The notes beneath the pieces are model-generated. The model worked only from the letters and a program-made list of their open reading frames with translations, searched no databases and was not told the origin of the DNA. DNA of 64,000 nt. Source: a bacterium. Lineage in GTDB: Bacteria > Armatimonadota > Zipacnadia > Zipacnadales > Zipacnadaceae. Made by a program: the position numbers and the translations under genes. The stretch covers positions 26,323 to 90,322 of the forward strand of contig JAUWYY010000008.1 in assembly GCA_030615605.1 (NCBI GenBank), in the 5' to 3' direction. Shown here one piece after another: positions 1 to 7,938 of the stretch (within the stretch, counting starts at the first letter, position 1; every line of letters starts with the position of its first letter).

Positions 1-137
1 ACATCCTCGATGAGCATATGCCCCCCAGCTAGCAGTGTCGCCACCGCTAGCTCAACCGTTTCCGTCTTACCGATAATCACTGTCTCGACATTGTCAATCA
101 ACGCTTCAGTGGCCTGGCTGAACTCCAGCTTGGTCAT
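1..137 (-). CDS. MoxR-family AAA+ ATPase, N-terminal part (runs off window)
   Basis: Manual translation from ATG at 137: MTKLEFSQATEALIDNVETVIIGKTETVELAVATLLAGGHMLIEDV, the typical MoxR N-terminus leading into Walker A (LIEDVPGxGKT). Confidence 0.8.
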   Translation of the reverse strand, partial: MTKLEFSQATEALIDNVETVIIGKTETVELAVATLLAGGHMLIED

Positions 138-550
138 TGCTCTCATCGCCTTCTAACTCTAATGTCCCCGCGATACAGGCTAATAATGCCGTCAATATTC
201 ACTGAGCGGAGATTGCGCCTGATATGCGAGCTGGCCGTCTGAGCCATATCGCTATACTTACAGACACCCAGCGCCTGGACAATGTTCGCGAGCTGCTCTA
301 CTGCCGCCACACCGGATTCCAGCAGACTTATTGACCTCAAAGACGCGGTTCATATCTGCCAGCAGTCACCCATGGTAGTCAGACAACAGCTTCTACTGAT
401 ACAGATAGTAGGATGTCTGGTGCTCACAGTCAACCTTGACTGCGGCGGCGTGGTATATTGACGTATCCAGGAAAAAGAATGTATCCTAATACTAGTATAG
501 CGGGATTGTACGTAACTTAAACCGCACCTGCAGACGAAAAGGGGGCTGCT

Positions 551-1444
551 ATGAGCGCGAGGTATTCCTGGCTAGTTGTTATCATTTTGGTCGGTGCAAG
601 TCTGTCAATTGCTTCGGCGCAAGATATGAGCGGTGCCATCGAGCAGGTCAAGGAAAGCGTGCTGACCATCAAGAGCGGCGAGCGGGTTGGAGCCGGCTTC
701 ATTGTTAGCCCTGACGGGCACGGCTTGACCAGTGCTCATCTGGTTGGCGACAATTCCCAGGTCACCGCAGTGCTGGCCAATGATGAAGAGCTGGACGCGA
801 AGGTGACGAAAACAGATGCGGCGCTCGACCTGGCACTCATCAAGCTGGATCTGCAAAATCTGCCGGCGGTTCGCTTTGCTCCCAGCAGCGAGCTGAAGCA
901 GGGCGCACGGGTAGCGGCGTTGGGCGCGCCGCTGGGCCTGGAAGGCTCGGTTAGCGAGGGAATTGTCAGCGCGTTGGAGCGGGAGGTGAAGGGCAAGCGC
1001 TACCTGCAAATCGACGCTGCCCTCAATGAGGGTAACTCCGGCGGCCCGGTCATTGATGAGCATGGACGCGTGGTGGGTGTGGCCACGGCGGTGGTTAAGG
1101 AGGCGCAGAATGTGGGCTTTGCAGTACCCAGCGACGCGGCCATTGCCTTTTTGCAGGAGGCTGGGGTGCTGCTTAGTCTGCCGTTGGGCCAGCAAGGGGC
1201 CGCTGCCGTTAAGAGACCCACAGGTGGGCCGGCCAGGCTGCCAGCCCCGCCTGTGGTGAAGCAAGCTGAGCCTGCGTGGTTGCTGCTGGTGGGTATTCCC
1301 TTTGCGGTGGCCCTGGTAGTTTCGCTGCTGGTTTCGCTGCTGGTGACTCGCCGGATACGCCACCGCCTCGCCGAGCCGGAGATAAGTCTGGCTCCAGCCA
1401 GCGAAGACGAAGACCTGTCTGATGTTGATATCACATTGCACTGA
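551..1444 (+). CDS. Trypsin-like (S1C/HtrA-type, no PDZ) serine protease with signal peptide, C-terminal TM helix and acidic cytoplasmic tail
   Basis: GAGFIV, TSAHLV (His), DLALIK (Asp), GNSGGP (Ser); N-terminal hydrophobic signal; TM WLLLVGIPFAVALVVSLLVSLLV followed by RRIRHR. Confidence 0.9.
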   Translation: MSARYSWLVVIILVGASLSIASAQDMSGAIEQVKESVLTIKSGERVGAGFIVSPDGHGLTSAHLVGDNSQVTAVLANDEELDAKVTKTDAALDLALIKLDLQNLPAVRFAPSSELKQGARVAALGAPLGLEGSVSEGIVSALEREVKGKRYLQIDAALNEGNSGGPVIDEHGRVVGVATAVVKEAQNVGFAVPSDAAIAFLQEAGVLLSLPLGQQGAAAVKRPTGGPARLPAPPVVKQAEPAWLLLVGIPFAVALVVSLLVSLLVTRRIRHRLAEPEISLAPASEDEDLSDVDITLH

Positions 1445-1491
1445 CAGTGGTTAGTGGACAGTGAAGAGCGACGGCAGGGCGCAGGTGGGTA

Positions 1492-1525
1492 TTGCCAGCA
1501 ATGACATTCTTGTCGCATAATTATG
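1492..1525 (+). promoter_or_regulatory. Candidate sigma70 promoter for the Ubl gene, with overlapping palindrome
   Basis: TTGCCA (1492-1497), 18 nt, CATAAT (1516-1521); palindrome CATAATTATG 1516-1525; GGGAGG RBS before ATG 1557. Confidence 0.4.
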
Positions 1526-1556
1526 ATAACGCGATCCAACCAGGGAGGTTCGTACA

Positions 1557-1826
1557 ATGGGCAAAGTGACCGTGACTGTACTGGATGCCACCGGCTCCAA
1601 GGAGCAGAAGGCCAGCCTGCCGGATGACGCACCGGTGCGGCGAATAATCGGCAAGCTTATCGAGATGATGAAGCTGCCGTCCACCGGCCCCGACGGCCAG
1701 CCGATGAGCTACAAGTTCCATCATAAGGCTTCGGGGAAACAGCTCACTGACGACCAGACGCTGGCCGACGCCGGCGTCAAAGACGACGATGTCCTGCGCC
1801 TCCAACCGGAGATAACAGCGGGGTAG
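1557..1826 (+). CDS. Ubiquitin-like beta-grasp protein (YukD/EsaB-like) with C-terminal Gly
   Basis: 89 aa; ubiquitin-fold signature GKQLTDDQTLADAGVKDDDVLRL (cf. ubiquitin [23 protein letters not shown]); ends ...QPEITAG*; strong RBS. Confidence 0.9.
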   Translation: MGKVTVTVLDATGSKEQKASLPDDAPVRRIIGKLIEMMKLPSTGPDGQPMSYKFHHKASGKQLTDDQTLADAGVKDDDVLRLQPEITAG

Positions 1827-1872
1827 CTTCGTCTCGCAAGTCTGCATATTCGGCACAGGGAAGTGACGGACA

Positions 1873-2964
1873 ATGGGCACATATCGCATTGGTGCCGACG
1901 GGCGCCTGACGGAATACCAACCCCAAGTCTTGAGCGATGAACATTGTGAGGAAGAGTTCAAAGACTGGCTGGAGCAGAATCCTCAGATGCTCATTGACGA
2001 CGAGGATGTCCTGTGGATTGGCCGAGAGGTCACCACTGAACTGGGCAAATCGGTGGACCTGCTGGGGTTGGATGAGCGAGGTCAGATTCTCGCTGTCGAA
2101 GTGAAGGCCGGGACCTCACCCCGCACTGTGATCGCTCAGGCCCTGGAATATGGTGTCTGGGCGGATGGGCTGGCTTATGAAGATCTGTGGCGTATAGCAA
2201 AGGATTACTGGAGGAGAAAAAGCGGAGATTTGGACTGGATCCCAGCAGGCAGCGAGCATGATATACCCGATCTCTCCGAGGGATTCGAGGTCTACTTCGA
2301 TGAGAAGCGCGAGATTCCGGCCCGACAAACCGTCATCTATGTGGTCGCTCAACGCATGGCCGAAGACATCCAGAGAGTTGCCCACTGGCTGCGCAAGCAC
2401 GGCATCGATGTTCGGTGCCTAGAGTTTACGTATCACGAGGGAGAGAAGAAAACCGATCACCTGCTGACCACCACGTTGACTGTGGGACAAGTGAGTCTTC
2501 CGGAATCAGGGCGCGGTCCAATTGACCGAGAAACGTTTCTGCAGCGTTTGGAGGAGGATGCCGACCGAGGGGCCGTCGAGAGGCTGATTGATGCCCTGGA
2601 GCGAATTGTGGACGAACATCGAGAATTGTGTACGGCAGGGTATCGCACCTCCAACTGGGTCTTCGAGGTGCATCCACCGGGCGAAAAGGCAGCCGGTGTG
2701 TTGTACATCGGCGAAGAGCAGGTGAGCCCACGCTTTGACTACATGATAAGAAGAGAAGTACCTCGAAAAGTCTGGGAGGGCTACCGCGACCGCCTCTACG
2801 ACTACGATGATGCGGCACCATGGGAACCCTCCCCACAAGGCGAAGAGGAACCAGAACTCCATGGGTTTCGCCTGCCTTGCCGTGAGGACCTATTGACCGC
2901 CGAGCACAAGAACATTGTGTCCGCGGTGGAGTGGCTGGTGGAGCAGTTGGCTGCTCTGGAATGA
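1873..2964 (+). CDS. NucS/DUF91-like PD-(D/E)XK endonuclease domain protein
   Basis: E..F..WL..NP, IGRE, VDLLGLD...AVEVK...IAQALEY match the NucS-like restriction-endonuclease fold; C-terminal region not recognised. Confidence 0.75.
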   Translation: MGTYRIGADGRLTEYQPQVLSDEHCEEEFKDWLEQNPQMLIDDEDVLWIGREVTTELGKSVDLLGLDERGQILAVEVKAGTSPRTVIAQALEYGVWADGLAYEDLWRIAKDYWRRKSGDLDWIPAGSEHDIPDLSEGFEVYFDEKREIPARQTVIYVVAQRMAEDIQRVAHWLRKHGIDVRCLEFTYHEGEKKTDHLLTTTLTVGQVSLPESGRGPIDRETFLQRLEEDADRGAVERLIDALERIVDEHRELCTAGYRTSNWVFEVHPPGEKAAGVLYIGEEQVSPRFDYMIRREVPRKVWEGYRDRLYDYDDAAPWEPSPQGEEEPELHGFRLPCREDLLTAEHKNIVSAVEWLVEQLAALE

Positions 2965-2974
2965 TTGATTGCCG

Positions 2975-4162
2975 ATGACTGAGGACCAGATTCTCGACAT
3001 TGATCTTGAAGAGGGGCGGTATCATCGGCTGGAGCTGATTCCCTGGTGGGATCAACAGCGGTTGTTTGACGCGCGGGTGATGGTGGTGGGCGCCGGGGCG
3101 CTGGGCAACGAAATCCTCAAGCAACTGGCCCTGCTGGGGGTGGGTAATATCTATGTGGTGGATATGGATACTATCGAGGAGTCTAACCTGACCCGGGCGG
3201 TGCTGTTCCGCGAGAAAGACGAGGGCCAGCCCAAGGCGGAGGTAGCTGCCCGCGCGGTGACCGAGCTGAATCCGGACATCAAGGTGCAGAGCTTTGTGGG
3301 GAATGTCGTCTATGACCTGGGCGAAGGCATCTTTCGGGATATGGATATCGTGCTGGGCTCGCTGGATAACCGTGAAGCGCGCGTGGCGATAAATCAGAGC
3401 TGCTGGAAGCTTAACAAGCCGTTTGTTGACGGAGCCATTGAGGTAATCCAGGGCGTGGCGCGCATCTTCTGTGGGCCGGAGGGGCCGTGTTATGAGTGCA
3501 CGATGAACGAGAAGGACTACGAGCTGCTCAGCCAGCGCCGCTCCTGCGCGATGCTGTCTCGTGACGATATCGTGCGGGGGCACATACCAACCACTCCGAC
3601 CACCGCTTCGGTGATTGCTGGAGTTCAAACTCAGGAGGCCATCAAGTGGCTACATCGCGACCGGGAAATGCCGCTGCTGCTGGGTAAAGGGTTTGTCTAC
3701 AACGGGTTTAGCAATGAGTCGTATATCATCGAATATCAGCGCCGCGCGGATTGCCCCGCTCATATCACGCTGCCGCCGCTCCAGGACCTGGACAAGTCGG
3801 TTGATACGGCCACAGTTGGCGAGATGCTGGAGCTGGTCAGATCGGAGGTCGGCCCCGAGGCGGTGCTGGAGTTTGAGCGGGAACTGTGCATCGGGCTGTA
3901 CTGTCCGAACTGTGACGAAAGCGAGCCGGTATTCCGCTCACTGGGCAAGCTGCGCGAGGCGGAGGGGCGCTGTCCGCACTGTCACGAACTGCGCGACCCG
4001 GAACTGACCCACGCTATCTATGGCGATGAGGATTATCTGGATAGAACGCTGGCGGATATGGGCCTGCCGCCGTACGATATTGTGATTGGCCGGGACGGGC
4101 TTGAGGTAGCAGCCTTCGTATTGGCTGCCGACCGGGAGACTGCCGTGGGCTGTCTGGCTTGA
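2975..4162 (+). CDS. E1-like ubiquitin-activating enzyme (ThiF/UBA family) with C-terminal Zn ribbon
   Basis: VVGAGALGNE, DMDTIEESNLTR, LDNREAR, CYEC...CPAH Zn site, candidate catalytic Cys in RRSCA, C-terminal CPNC/CPHC. Confidence 0.92.
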   Translation: MTEDQILDIDLEEGRYHRLELIPWWDQQRLFDARVMVVGAGALGNEILKQLALLGVGNIYVVDMDTIEESNLTRAVLFREKDEGQPKAEVAARAVTELNPDIKVQSFVGNVVYDLGEGIFRDMDIVLGSLDNREARVAINQSCWKLNKPFVDGAIEVIQGVARIFCGPEGPCYECTMNEKDYELLSQRRSCAMLSRDDIVRGHIPTTPTTASVIAGVQTQEAIKWLHRDREMPLLLGKGFVYNGFSNESYIIEYQRRADCPAHITLPPLQDLDKSVDTATVGEMLELVRSEVGPEAVLEFERELCIGLYCPNCDESEPVFRSLGKLREAEGRCPHCHELRDPELTHAIYGDEDYLDRTLADMGLPPYDIVIGRDGLEVAAFVLAADRETAVGCLA

Positions 4163-4183
4163 TGATTCTGTTCTTAGGGACGA

Positions 4184-5218
4184 TTGACTATGAATGATGA
4201 GAAGCGTGCTAAAACTGACGACAATGATCAGGTTGGCATCTCTCTGCAGCCGCCGCGAGAGTCGTCTGGCTACGGGGGGAGAGATGTAGTGGTCATGGTG
4301 GCCGAATCGGTGCTGGAGGAGGTGCGCCGCCACGGCCAGCAGGATACCTCCCGCGAACAGGGCGGCATCCTGGTGGGCACGGTAGCCTCCAGTCAGGACA
4401 AGGTTTACGTGAATGTGGAGGCAGTGATAGCTGCGCCCCAGACCCGAGCAAAGCGCACCAGCATCACCTTCACTCACGATAGCTGGGCACATATCAATCA
4501 GGTCAAAGATAGCGACTATCCCGACCAGGACATTGTGGGCTGGTATCACACCCACCCGGGTTTCGGGATATTTCTGTCTGACTATGATACTTTCATCCAT
4601 CGCAACTTCTTCCCGGCGGCCTGGCAGGTGGCGTTGGTAATTGATCCGCTTTCCGACGAGTCCGGTTTCTTTGTTTGGAAAGGCAACGAAATTATCCCGC
4701 GCAAGCAATACAATGTATTCAGTCCGCTGGTTGCGCCCGCCAAGCCGGTGGCCGCAGAGCCGGCCCCGCTGCCGGCCGACCTCGTGGCTCCACCGATGCC
4801 CCGGCGGGCCAGCATTGTTACGGTGGTGGTCCTGCTGGTGCTGGCCTTGCAGGTAGTTACGCTTCTGGCGCTTTTCCGGAAGCCGGCCGCGATTGTGGAG
4901 TCATCGGGTCAGCCTGCCCAGTTGGCAGCGCAGGTCGGCAGACTGGAACAGCAGATTACCGAAACGCAGGCACGGGTCGAGGAATTGGACAAGGCCCGGC
5001 CAGCGGCCAGTAGCGCTGAGGCTGGTCCTGAGTATGAGTGGTATGAAGTCAGATACGGCGACAGTCTGTGGAAGATTGCCAGGGAGCACTATGGCGACGG
5101 CACAAAGTACACAATTATTGCCGCTGAGAACGGAATCGCACTTCCCAGGGCAATAATCAATCCCGGGCAGAGACTACGGTTGCCGAATGTGGCAAAGGAG
5201 AGCCGTGGCGCCGAATGA
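4184..5218 (+). CDS. JAB/MPN+ (JAMM) isopeptidase fused to TM helix, coiled coil and LysM domain
   Basis: EQGGIL...GWYHTHPGFGIFLSDYD (E...HxHx7Sx2D); TM IVTVVVLLVLALQVVTLLALF; LysM YEVRYGDSLWKIAREHYG...INPGQRLRLP. Start could be ATG 4190. Confidence 0.9.
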   Translation: MTMNDEKRAKTDDNDQVGISLQPPRESSGYGGRDVVVMVAESVLEEVRRHGQQDTSREQGGILVGTVASSQDKVYVNVEAVIAAPQTRAKRTSITFTHDSWAHINQVKDSDYPDQDIVGWYHTHPGFGIFLSDYDTFIHRNFFPAAWQVALVIDPLSDESGFFVWKGNEIIPRKQYNVFSPLVAPAKPVAAEPAPLPADLVAPPMPRRASIVTVVVLLVLALQVVTLLALFRKPAAIVESSGQPAQLAAQVGRLEQQITETQARVEELDKARPAASSAEAGPEYEWYEVRYGDSLWKIAREHYGDGTKYTIIAAENGIALPRAIINPGQRLRLPNVAKESRGAE

Positions 5219-5945
5219 CGACAGCGCAGAACTGGAGATCGAGATTGAGCAAGCGCCTGCCACGGAGCTGGCGCAGGGGCCTGATCCCGCCGACGAGGAA
5301 GGGCGGTCCCTGCTGAAACTGGGACAGCCTGGCGGGCAGCAGCGTGTTTTCATGGCTTATGCCTGCCTGAAGCAGATGCTGGCTCATACCCAGCGGAATC
5401 TGGACGCGGAAATTGGCGGGATTCTGCTGGGACGGATCTTTCGCAGCGATAAGGGAATCGTGACAATTCTGACGGAGGCGGTGGCGGCGGTTCGCACTGA
5501 TGCCGGCCTGGGCCATGTGACCTTCTCACACGAGACCTGGGCCGACCTGTACCAGTATCTGGAGTCGCTGGCCACTGATACCGATATCGTCGGTTGGTAC
5601 CACACCCATCCCGGGTTGGGTGTGTTTTTCTCAAGACAGGACAGGTTCATCCAGGAGAATTTTTTCGGCGGGCCCGGACAGGTCGGCATCGTGGTTGATC
5701 CCGTCGCGGATAGTGTCGTGCTGTTTATGTCTCATGAGGGCGAGACGGCCGCCTGCAATGGCTTTTGGGTGACGGGTGCCGAGGAGGATGTGCCGGCTGC
5801 CCGCCAATTGATAGCCAAACTTACCTACGCAAAGCAAGAAGCGGCCCGAGGCGGCTGGCTGGAGAGTTGGGGCCAGAGGTTACAGGGGGCGTTGGGCCGC
5901 AAGCAGCCTGCCGAGCAGCCGGTGGCCGACGATGAGGAAGCCTAG
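5205..5945 (+). CDS. JAB/MPN+ (JAMM) isopeptidase
   Basis: EIGGILLG...GWYHTHPGLGVFFSRQD; GTG 5205 preceded by AAGGAG. Confidence 0.9.
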   Translation: MAPNDDSAELEIEIEQAPATELAQGPDPADEEGRSLLKLGQPGGQQRVFMAYACLKQMLAHTQRNLDAEIGGILLGRIFRSDKGIVTILTEAVAAVRTDAGLGHVTFSHETWADLYQYLESLATDTDIVGWYHTHPGLGVFFSRQDRFIQENFFGGPGQVGIVVDPVADSVVLFMSHEGETAACNGFWVTGAEEDVPAARQLIAKLTYAKQEAARGGWLESWGQRLQGALGRKQPAEQPVADDEEA

Positions 5946-5952
5946 ATAGACT

Positions 5953-6480
5953 ATGAATGCAAGACTGCGCCGACTGTATGCTGACTATCAACAGGTCCAC
6001 AGTGACTTTGCGGGGCATCCCTATGTTGATGTCGAGCCGATTCGGGGTAATCCCCCCGAGGCCTACCGGATCAGCTATCATATAAAGGGCCTGGAGCTGG
6101 ATCAGGCCAGCAATCGCCCCCGGGTCAGAACCGAGCATATGGCCACTATTTACCTGCATCGCGACTACCCGCGCGAGAAGCCCAAGTGCGTGCTGGAGAC
6201 GCCAATCTTCCATCCGAATTTCGGCTCCTACATCTGCATTGACGACTACTGGGCGGCGGGAGAGACACTGGCCGATGTCATCATCCAGATCGGGCAGATG
6301 ATTCAGTATCAGAGCTACAATCCCAAAAGTCCGCTGAATGCGGTGGCCGCGCGCTGGTGCCAGCAGAATGAGCATCTCCTTCCCATCGGCGATGCTGATC
6401 TGTACCAGCCGGAGCTGGATATTGATTTGCTTGGTGATGGCAAGCTGGGTGAAGAGGAGATCGAAATAGAGTTGTTATAG
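5953..6480 (+). CDS. E2-like ubiquitin-conjugating enzyme (UBC fold)
   Basis: N-terminal RLRRLYADY helix, DYPREKP, TPIFHPNFGSYICID (HPN motif plus catalytic Cys), NPKSPLNAVAA. Confidence 0.92.
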   Translation: MNARLRRLYADYQQVHSDFAGHPYVDVEPIRGNPPEAYRISYHIKGLELDQASNRPRVRTEHMATIYLHRDYPREKPKCVLETPIFHPNFGSYICIDDYWAAGETLADVIIQIGQMIQYQSYNPKSPLNAVAARWCQQNEHLLPIGDADLYQPELDIDLLGDGKLGEEEIEIELL

Positions 6481-6523
6481 TGCCGGCGCTGAGTCGTGCC
6501 CAGCGGAATATCGCAGGACACAG

Positions 6524-7270
6524 ATGGAGTTGTCCAGAGTGCGTTGCCCTTACTGTCATGAGAATATCACAGTCCAGGGCCGGTTTTGTCCGAAGTGTGG
6601 CGACCAGATATTCGGGCGGCCGGTTGCGCGTGGTGGCACGGAGCCGTCGCAGCCGGCCTCTACGCCCAGCTCGTGGCAGGCTCCTTCTCCGCAAGCCGGC
6701 GGCGATGTTCTCGACATTGAGTTGGAGGACGCTGCTGAGGCTGTCGGTGCTTCAGATAATGCCGTCGGCCAGATGTGTCCGTTCTGCCGGTTTCCCATTA
6801 AAGAAGGCGAAGAGGTAATCACCTGCCCGGACTGCCAGACCACACTGCACGCCGACTGCTGGCGAGAGAATGACGGATGCACCACCTACGGCTGCTCCAG
6901 CTCGCCCCAGGCAGCAGCCGTTCGGCGTACTACGGGGCAGGCTGCGCGCGGTGGCCGCAGTTGGCCTGGGTTCGGTGGCACAACGCCGGGGACGATACCG
7001 ATGCCGCTGGGCGCTCGCCAGTTGCTCGAAGCCGAATTCGAGGGCCAGGGCACCAATGTGCTGCTGTTCGCCATCCTGCAGATTCTCTTCTGCGGGGGAT
7101 TGCTATCAATTATTGCCCTGGCCTGGAGTATATCGCTGCTTTCGCAAATGAAGCGGTTCCAGCTCCGCACCTCAAGGGGGCGGAACAAGGCGATTGCGGC
7201 TGCAATTATCAGTGGGATAGTGACTCTGGCATGGCTTATAGGGATTGCCTGGCCGCTTATCGGCAGGTAG
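6524..7270 (+). CDS. Zn ribbon + prokaryotic RING finger + C-terminal TM helices (candidate membrane-anchored E3 ligase)
   Basis: N-terminal CPYC..CPKC; RING-like CPFC-x12-CPDC-x4-HxxC-x6-CxxxxC; C-terminal hydrophobic helices resembling DUF4190. Confidence 0.8.
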   Translation: MELSRVRCPYCHENITVQGRFCPKCGDQIFGRPVARGGTEPSQPASTPSSWQAPSPQAGGDVLDIELEDAAEAVGASDNAVGQMCPFCRFPIKEGEEVITCPDCQTTLHADCWRENDGCTTYGCSSSPQAAAVRRTTGQAARGGRSWPGFGGTTPGTIPMPLGARQLLEAEFEGQGTNVLLFAILQILFCGGLLSIIALAWSISLLSQMKRFQLRTSRGRNKAIAAAIISGIVTLAWLIGIAWPLIGR

Positions 7271-7301
7271 TGGCGGTAGTCTTCTTGGGGGCCCACATCG
7301 T

Positions 7302-7928
7302 ATGGGTTACGAAGACCCTGAAATCGAAATCAGCTCAACCCAGTCGCCGGAGCCGCTTAAGCGCCGGCGGCCGGGTCCGCCGCTTGCTGTAGTCGGTGAG
7401 GTAGGCGCGCCGGCCGGGAAAGGGGCGATCTTTCTGCATCTGGAGGCCATCGGGGCGATAGTTGATTCCTTGCCCGGCCAAGAGCAAATGGAGGTAGGCG
7501 GGCTGCTGGTCGGCAGGGAGTGTGAGGATGAGGCGGGCGTCTATCTGCTGGTAGCTGGCGCGATTCCGGCCCGGCAGGCAAGAGGCACCTCGGTGTCGGT
7601 GACTTTTACTCACCAGACCTGGAATCAGTTGTCTGCTGAAAAAGTAAGCCGCTACCCGGATCAAGCGATCGTCGGCTGGTATCATACTCATCCGGGGCTG
7701 GGTGTGTTCCTTTCCGAGCGCGACCTGTTCATCCACCGCAATTTCTTTGCCGACAGCACTCACATAGCTGTGGTGATTGACCCGTCCAAGTTTGCCTGGG
7801 GCATATTCTACTGGCAGGACTCAGACCTGGTAGCTGCGCCGGGTTGTTACATATATGGGGAGCCTGCCGAGAAACATGAGCGACTGTCTGAACTACTGCC
7901 CCGCTACCAGCCCAGCCATATGCAATAG
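7302..7928 (+). CDS. JAB/MPN+ (JAMM) isopeptidase
   Basis: EVGGLLVG...GWYHTHPGLGVFLSERD; ATG 7302. Confidence 0.9.
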   Translation: MGYEDPEIEISSTQSPEPLKRRRPGPPLAVVGEVGAPAGKGAIFLHLEAIGAIVDSLPGQEQMEVGGLLVGRECEDEAGVYLLVAGAIPARQARGTSVSVTFTHQTWNQLSAEKVSRYPDQAIVGWYHTHPGLGVFLSERDLFIHRNFFADSTHIAVVIDPSKFAWGIFYWQDSDLVAAPGCYIYGEPAEKHERLSELLPRYQPSHMQ

Positions 7929-7938
7929 GTCGTCGGGT

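Noticed and set aside
143-340. 65-aa ORF upstream of moxR
   Set aside because: TTG start, no clear RBS or recognisable motif.
1557-1826. YukD/EsaB as part of type VII secretion
   Set aside because: No WXG100 or FtsK/EssC genes in the window; the C-terminal Gly and E1/E2 context favour a modifier.
1557-4162. Ubl + ThiF as a ThiS/MoaD sulfur-carrier pathway
   Set aside because: No thiamine, molybdopterin or cysteine synthase genes are adjacent; E2, RING and JABs indicate protein conjugation.
551-7928. CBASS or Pycsar system
   Set aside because: No nucleotidyltransferase or cyclase recognised; E1 and E2 are separate and a free Ubl is present.
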